Below, piece after piece: positions 25,619-32,000 of a stretch of 32,000 nucleotides of DNA (its first letter is position 1; each line of letters starts with the position of its first letter). The DNA comes from Candidatus Babelota bacterium (GTDB lineage Bacteria; Babelota; Babeliae; Babelales; Vermiphilaceae). The position numbers and the translations under genes are program-made. Where the stretch lies: NCBI GenBank assembly GCA_039809905.1, contig JBDHVY010000001.1:270001-302000 (forward strand), read 5' to 3'. The notes below the pieces were generated by a model. It was given only the letters and a program-made list of their open reading frames with translations. It made no database searches and had not been told where the DNA came from.

Positions 25619-26539
25619 TCATTCTTTTTGTTGTTTATATCGACGAGCAAGAATATTTCTTATAGTTTGTGTCAAATCGTTAAAAGATTTAGGATCTAGT
25701 CCGGCATCTGGATATTCTTGAAAAATTTTATAATTATCAGAAAGCCATACTTTATCAATGTCATATGACTTACATTTAGAAAATGGAGAAAATGGATAGT
25801 TATCAAAATTCCTTACCGTAGCATCATGAGAATCTAAAATATTTTTAAGCAACACAGGAAATTTTAAAAATTCTACTAACTGTATTCGCAACGGCTCAAT
25901 ATTTTGTCGAAAAGACAATAATTCACATGGCAATTGCTCGCTTATAGTAGATTCAACAACTCCTTTCCATATTGCGGAATCTAGCCTAAAACCAGGATCA
26001 CGATAGACATTTTTTACAAATCCATGAAAACAAAGTTCATTATTTTTGTTAAAAAACGGTGATGGATTGTGTGATAATTTTGCTTGAAAGTTATTCCAAA
26101 AAATTATTTTAGGTATAATCGGCTGGTTACCATCTGATATGCATGAAAACATTCGTAATCTGTTTGAAACTTCGCTATTATCTATTTCTTCAGAAAGAAT
26201 ATCAACTGCTCCAAATGCCCGCCAACTTCTATGATACACAAACTGCGCATTATCTTGAAAATCAATACCCTGTTTAGTAATAACATTCGATATGCTTGCT
26301 TTTCGCTTACCTTGAATTTCATATATTAATACACAATTATTACGACTAGTTTGCGCAAAAGAATGCTCATCATCATATGGTAATATATCTCGCGCATGGG
26401 TAAAAAATAGATTCCACACAACAGCTTGTGGTTGAAGCATTATCTGCTGATCCATTGCTTGCGCTGCATAAGATAACAAAACTGATAAACATAAAATTGA
26501 TTGCATAAAAAAATTTTCATTAAGTTTTTTGAATCCCAT
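25619..26539 (-). CDS. exported protein, unknown function
   Basis: Signal peptide region FFMQSILCLSVLLSYAAQA; 306 aa. Confidence 0.7.
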   Translation of the reverse strand: MGFKKLNENFFMQSILCLSVLLSYAAQAMDQQIMLQPQAVVWNLFFTHARDILPYDDEHSFAQTSRNNCVLIYEIQGKRKASISNVITKQGIDFQDNAQFVYHRSWRAFGAVDILSEEIDNSEVSNRLRMFSCISDGNQPIIPKIIFWNNFQAKLSHNPSPFFNKNNELCFHGFVKNVYRDPGFRLDSAIWKGVVESTISEQLPCELLSFRQNIEPLRIQLVEFLKFPVLLKNILDSHDATVRNFDNYPFSPFSKCKSYDIDKVWLSDNYKIFQEYPDAGLDPKSFNDLTQTIRNILARRYKQQKE

Positions 26540-26690
26540 GCTCTATGCCTCTACAAATATTTTTTAATAAAATTGTCAATGATTATACCAGTAGATTATG
26601 TTATAATCCAATTTCCTTATAAGCCTATCTTCAGTAAAAATGAACTTCTTCAAGTTAATGAAAAAAGTACGAATATTACAAGGATTTATC

Positions 26691-27995
26691 ATGAATAGAA
26701 ACTATGTATTTTTCACAACGAGCATATTTATTGTCAGTACAATTTTTGGAATGGATTTGCCATATCAAATAGAACGTTTTTCATATAAAGTACCATCTTT
26801 ACACGATACGATTATCGAAGCTGTTACCACTGGTTATGGAAAAACTGAAATCGAATGCAAAAAAAACAGTGCCCAACTTATTACGGCTCTACAGAAAAAG
26901 CATGAAAACTGCAGCATTTTATTAGGATATGATACGATAGAAAAATGTAAAAATAGATACATCGGTTTATACGGTTGGCGTGCTTCTAATCTCAGCTCAA
27001 CAAACTCTCATCCTTTGAATTTGAGTCAATTATTGCCTTATGATCGAGACAAAGATCTTTATATAATAAACGATGGCAAAGAAATCTACCTTTTTGATAT
27101 GAAAGAACATAAAAAAGAAAGAATAATTGCTCAACCTAAAAATTCCATTCAAACGTGTACTACTGCTCGCCAAGGCCAAATCATTATTCTTGCTACGTGG
27201 TCCGATAGCCCAATTAGTTTATGGAACACAAAAACCAATAAGCTCATCTATTCTCAACCAAATGTTTCTGTCTTAGATTTAGCATCAGACGATAATGTTT
27301 TCGCATCTTCAGATGTCAATGAAAATGTTAAAATATGGGATATTTCATCAGGAAAATGCTTAAACACCTATGTCCAAGATTATGATCCTATGGGAACCTT
27401 TGACTCTCTTGCTATAAACAATGGAATATTGTATGCAGGAGAAACAACACAAATGTCTTTTTTTGAACAAAGAAAATCCAAAATTGTAGTGTTTGATTCT
27501 AGGCTAGATAATGCAGCACAAACCTGGATGGCACATAAAAAAGCCATATCTTGCTTTATTTTTTCTAAAAAAAATTCATTTTTAATGTATTCTGGATCCA
27601 AGGATCACTCGATTAAACAATGGGACATAAGAAATACAAGTGTTCATACAAAAAAAATGAATTTGAAGCATGCTACTGGTTATAAAAGTCATGAAAACTT
27701 GAACGTTCACAATATCTACGAAAGCAGCAATGGAAAAAAAGTATTTGCTACTGATATGAATCGATTATTGATATGGGATATATCGCAACAGGAACCACAA
27801 TTAACAACAAAAATTTATTTACACTCTCATATTATAAAAAACTCCATGTATATGAATAAAAACGAAACAAAATTATACATAGGCACAAATGAAAACTCAG
27901 AAAAGTATTTTTTAAAAACTATTAGCCCATCTAGTTCGTTTGAGAATCTTATTGAAATGTATAATCAAGAAGACAATGTTTCTAGAGTAGAATAA
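26691..27995 (+). CDS. exported WD40-repeat protein
   Basis: The ATG at 26691 gives MNRNYVFFTTSIFIVSTIFG. WD-like repeats include VKIWDISSGKCLNTY, SGSKDHSIKQWDIRNTSVHTKKM and RLLIWDISQQEP. Confidence 0.8.
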   Translation: MNRNYVFFTTSIFIVSTIFGMDLPYQIERFSYKVPSLHDTIIEAVTTGYGKTEIECKKNSAQLITALQKKHENCSILLGYDTIEKCKNRYIGLYGWRASNLSSTNSHPLNLSQLLPYDRDKDLYIINDGKEIYLFDMKEHKKERIIAQPKNSIQTCTTARQGQIIILATWSDSPISLWNTKTNKLIYSQPNVSVLDLASDDNVFASSDVNENVKIWDISSGKCLNTYVQDYDPMGTFDSLAINNGILYAGETTQMSFFEQRKSKIVVFDSRLDNAAQTWMAHKKAISCFIFSKKNSFLMYSGSKDHSIKQWDIRNTSVHTKKMNLKHATGYKSHENLNVHNIYESSNGKKVFATDMNRLLIWDISQQEPQLTTKIYLHSHIIKNSMYMNKNETKLYIGTNENSEKYFLKTISPSSSFENLIEMYNQEDNVSRVE

Positions 27996-28085
27996 GAAAG
28001 ATAATGGTAGTGATATTATTGCGTATTTTAATTTTGGTGAATATATTCAGAGTTTATATCAATGAACATTATTGAGGAAATTGTA

Positions 28086-28364
28086 GTGAAAAATATATTT
28101 TTTTTGATATGCATATGCGCATCTTTAACCTCGTTTACTGCAGAAAAAAACTTGAACATTCAAGAAAAAAACCAAAAAGTGATATCACTCAAACAGCACA
28201 CACGAGAAATCTATCTACTTGAAAGTAAGCATGCTCAAGAAAAAGCCCGCTATCAAGCACAGATAGCAAGCCTACATGAAGCATTAGAACAAGCTCGAAA
28301 TCCAAGAACAATTGCAAAACTTACTTCTCCAATGATAGAATCATTTAGAGGAACATTTTATTAA
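28086..28364 (+). CDS. small exported coiled-coil protein
   Basis: The GTG at 28086 (preceded by gagg) gives MKNIFFLICICASLTSFTA plus a coiled-coil region. The ORF extends to 28062. Confidence 0.55.
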   Translation: MKNIFFLICICASLTSFTAEKNLNIQEKNQKVISLKQHTREIYLLESKHAQEKARYQAQIASLHEALEQARNPRTIAKLTSPMIESFRGTFY

Positions 28365-28388
28365 ACGAGCAGCAGAATAATTAGAATT

Positions 28389-28952
28389 TTAATCACTATC
28401 ATCATTCATAAAAAATTGGATATTAGAAGGACTACCCAATTCAAGGCGTGCTGCCAATGGTTTATCTTTGTACATTAATTCGTCTTCATTAACCATCATT
28501 TTATCAATATTAGCTTTTTGATCTAAAATAATATCTTTACCTATAACTTTTTTATTAGGTAATGTAACTCCATCGCCAGGTGTTACATAATATCCTTTTT
28601 TGGTTGAAACAACCTGATAGGCAACATTAAATAATGTTGGATTATCTTGCAGATAGGGACCTTCCCATTTCTCTGGATGCACCAAATTCATAGGTCCAAC
28701 TTCTGAACCAGTAAATTTTTCTACATTCAAAAAATTAATAGGATTTTTTTGTGCATCAAAATCAATAATGGTACATGTTTTATGAATGCGATGGAAAATA
28801 TCACGTAAACGAATTACTTCTGATGCAATCATAAGAGCTGGATCATTTTTTGCGTGGTATAATGTATCAAAAAACGTAGTTCCAACAAAGAAAGCAATTA
28901 CTATGATAGCAACAATGGGAAGATAGTAATGAATTTTTTTACGCATGTTCAT
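28389..28952 (-). CDS. single-pass membrane-anchored protein, unknown function
   Basis: N-terminal TM YYLPIVAIIVIAFFVGTTFF. The WEGPYLQDNPTLFNVAYQV segment is faintly pseudopilin-like but lacks a prepilin peptidase motif. Confidence 0.65.
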   Translation of the reverse strand: MNMRKKIHYYLPIVAIIVIAFFVGTTFFDTLYHAKNDPALMIASEVIRLRDIFHRIHKTCTIIDFDAQKNPINFLNVEKFTGSEVGPMNLVHPEKWEGPYLQDNPTLFNVAYQVVSTKKGYYVTPGDGVTLPNKKVIGKDIILDQKANIDKMMVNEDELMYKDKPLAARLELGSPSNIQFFMNDDSD

Positions 28953-28958
28953 CCTTTT

Positions 28959-29966
<1,008 letters not shown>

Positions 29967-29992
29967 TTACTTTTCAATTTCATGTATCTGTA

Positions 29993-30715
29993 TTAACTAT
30001 TTTTTTTATGAAATCCATATAGCTGCCTAAACCCATTATTATAAAAATAACATGCTCCCCAACATGTTAACCCAACAATAATATTACCTGCTACAATAGA
30101 ACAGGGCAGTAAACAATTAGCAGAAGCAAACCACAAAGAACAGATTGTATTGCGAGGTTCATTCCAATCATAACAACACCATAATTGTCTATTATCAAGA
30201 ACTAGATCTGAGTCACTGGCAAATTTTAGCATAATACCATAATTATTTTCAGAAATTACTAATCCAGATTTTCTCCCATCATTCAAACAACAAAGGCTTG
30301 TTCTATCTTTCTGTATTCGATCTAATATGGAAAATAGTTTTTCACATTCACTATCATTAAGATTCTCAAATTGAGGCCATTCAAAAAATGAAGATCTATT
30401 GAGCTTACTCTGTTGAATCGAATGTTTATAAAGTTGTTTTTGATAAAAATATTTCAACGTACTCGAAATGCTTCTTTCTTGAACCATATTTTTAAGTTTT
30501 TGATCATTACATTCAAAAACTTCGATCATGATTTTAACCCCAAGCTCTTTAGGCAATGTAATAACCTTACGGGAAAATGATGTATTCCAATCAGCTATGT
30601 TAGGATTAGACTTTTCAGACAATATAGTCTTTTTTTTATCCAATCGCACACTTATTTCAGCAGTGTTAATAAGAAAAGAAAAGAAAAATAAAAATATATA
30701 CCTACCTATATGCAC
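29993..30715 (-). CDS. exported protein, unknown function
   Basis: Signal peptide MHIGRYIFLFFFSFLINTAE and a second hydrophobic segment near the C-terminus; 240 aa. Confidence 0.6.
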   Translation of the reverse strand: MHIGRYIFLFFFSFLINTAEISVRLDKKKTILSEKSNPNIADWNTSFSRKVITLPKELGVKIMIEVFECNDQKLKNMVQERSISSTLKYFYQKQLYKHSIQQSKLNRSSFFEWPQFENLNDSECEKLFSILDRIQKDRTSLCCLNDGRKSGLVISENNYGIMLKFASDSDLVLDNRQLWCCYDWNEPRNTICSLWFASANCLLPCSIVAGNIIVGLTCWGACYFYNNGFRQLYGFHKKNS

Positions 30716-30888
30716 GTTATATTTCCTTAGCTAGATTTTATTAAAAAAATCTCTTTAATCATACATTCACCTTTGAAAAACACCAAATTTCATGACTAAT
30801 ATTGCAAAAAAAGCATTAAAAGAGATACATCTTAATTGAAGCAAAATAAAAATTGAACTTAATTCAATATGCCCAAAGGAATTAACAT

Positions 30889-31659
30889 ATGTTATATGAT
30901 TTATTACTTCGTGATATTATCGAAATAACATTGTATTCATCATGCATATTCCTGTTTTGTACATGGCTAAAAACAGATAAAACAAAAAATCTTCTTGGCT
31001 ATTTTTTTGCCTATAGCGCACTCATATTGTGTGCATGGGTCATACAATTGCCCACGCTCACTCCATTTTTATTTTCGTATGCACCAATCGCACTTCTCCT
31101 TTTTATTGTATTGCACGAAAAAACACTGCAACGCAATTTAGTTGCATTACGCTCTATAACACCAGCACAACACATACCACAAGATTGGCTTGATACGCTT
31201 ATTAGTAGTTGTTTGACAACTATCAATGCAAATAAGCATATTACCATTGTGATTGAACACAATGATTCATTAGATCATTTTTTAGACGTACCTTTTATGC
31301 TTAATGCCGATATAAGTAAAAATGTTTTTGATCTTTTACTTTCGAGTGAATCATATGATGAACAAAAAATGATCTGGGTAACAAAAAAAGGACAAATACG
31401 GGGAATTAATGTTTCTTGGATTTCTCATGAAAAAACATTCGATAATACTTTGTTCTATACAATACAAAGTGATGCACTAGTACTGAGCGCACATCCAATT
31501 AATAGAATGTTTATGCTTACCTACAACGGCAAAGAAATAAAAAATATCTCTGCTCATCAGCTGCTTACTATGATCAAAAAACAACTTTCTGTATCTTCGC
31601 CAAAACACAAAGGAGCTTATCGTGAAAGCACTCCGCCTGAAAAACCTCTTTCTCTCTAA
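30889..31659 (+). CDS. CdaA-like membrane protein with apparently degenerate DAC domain
   Basis: Three N-terminal TM segments followed by a DAC-like fold (HITIVIEHNDSLDHFLDVPFMLNADISKNVFDLLL...SDALVLSAHPINRMFMLTYNGKEIKNISAHQLLTMIKK). The DGA and RHR motifs are missing. Confidence 0.6.
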   Translation: MLYDLLLRDIIEITLYSSCIFLFCTWLKTDKTKNLLGYFFAYSALILCAWVIQLPTLTPFLFSYAPIALLLFIVLHEKTLQRNLVALRSITPAQHIPQDWLDTLISSCLTTINANKHITIVIEHNDSLDHFLDVPFMLNADISKNVFDLLLSSESYDEQKMIWVTKKGQIRGINVSWISHEKTFDNTLFYTIQSDALVLSAHPINRMFMLTYNGKEIKNISAHQLLTMIKKQLSVSSPKHKGAYRESTPPEKPLSL

Positions 31660-32000
31660 TGCACCTCTTGCAATCATCAGTATTTTATTGGGATATAGTT
31701 TTTGGTATATTGCAAGTTATAATCACATAGTAAGTCTACGGATTAATATTCCTCTCTGCTTTTCTGAACCAACAAACTCATATACAGTACACGCTCCCGA
31801 AAAAATAGCTGTTACCTTAATGGGAAAACGTTCTGATTTGTATTCATTAGAGCGAGAATCACTTGCAGCGCACATTAATATAAACAAGCTTTTACCAGGA
31901 AAGCATGGTATAATCCTGACTGAACAACATTTATTTTTGCCAAAAAACATTGCATTAATCAATTATAAACCTACAAACTTATGTATCGTTATTTCTGAAA
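31622..32000 (+). CDS. YbbR-like (CdaR-type) protein, 3'-truncated by window edge
   Basis: GTG at 31622, frame open to 32000: VKALRLKNLFLSNAPLAIISILLGYSFWYIASYNHIVSLRINIPLCF...EKIAVTLMGKRSDLYSLERESLAAHININKLLPGKHGI. This is a YbbR-type TM plus repeat and overlaps the upstream gene by 38 nt. Confidence 0.6.
   Translation, partial: MKALRLKNLFLSNAPLAIISILLGYSFWYIASYNHIVSLRINIPLCFSEPTNSYTVHAPEKIAVTLMGKRSDLYSLERESLAAHININKLLPGKHGIILTEQHLFLPKNIALINYKPTNLCIVISE

Overview
This is an AT-rich bacterial window, densely packed with about 38 genes on both strands and no rRNA, recognisable tRNA or CRISPR array. The overall style suggests a reduced, host-associated bacterium, possibly of the Dependentiae/TM6 type (inference only). 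It shows many small exported proteins, several enzymes with signal peptides, and a WD40 protein with a signal peptide. Recognisable housekeeping-type genes are a Nudix hydrolase, inorganic pyrophosphatase, MFS transporter, ABC ATPase with two permeases, MazG-like protein, TspO, DUF2177, a PhrB/DPRP-type photolyase, signal peptidase I, O6-alkylguanine-DNA alkyltransferase, DoxX, a DUF234-type ATPase, TrpS, and a CdaA-like/YbbR-like pair. The best candidate for an undescribed system is a tandemly duplicated two-gene cassette at 12871..15584. Each unit has an exported protein whose C-terminal domain resembles polymorphic-toxin C-termini, followed immediately or with overlap by an intracellular, immunity-like acidic partner. 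The two partners have nearly identical 190-nt 3' ends. Other strong observations are a degenerate DAC domain beside a YbbR-like gene at the right edge, an ABC permease paralog of identical length carrying an in-frame stop, a photolyase lacking the Fe-S cysteines, and a set of signal-peptide-bearing versions of normally cytosolic enzyme folds.
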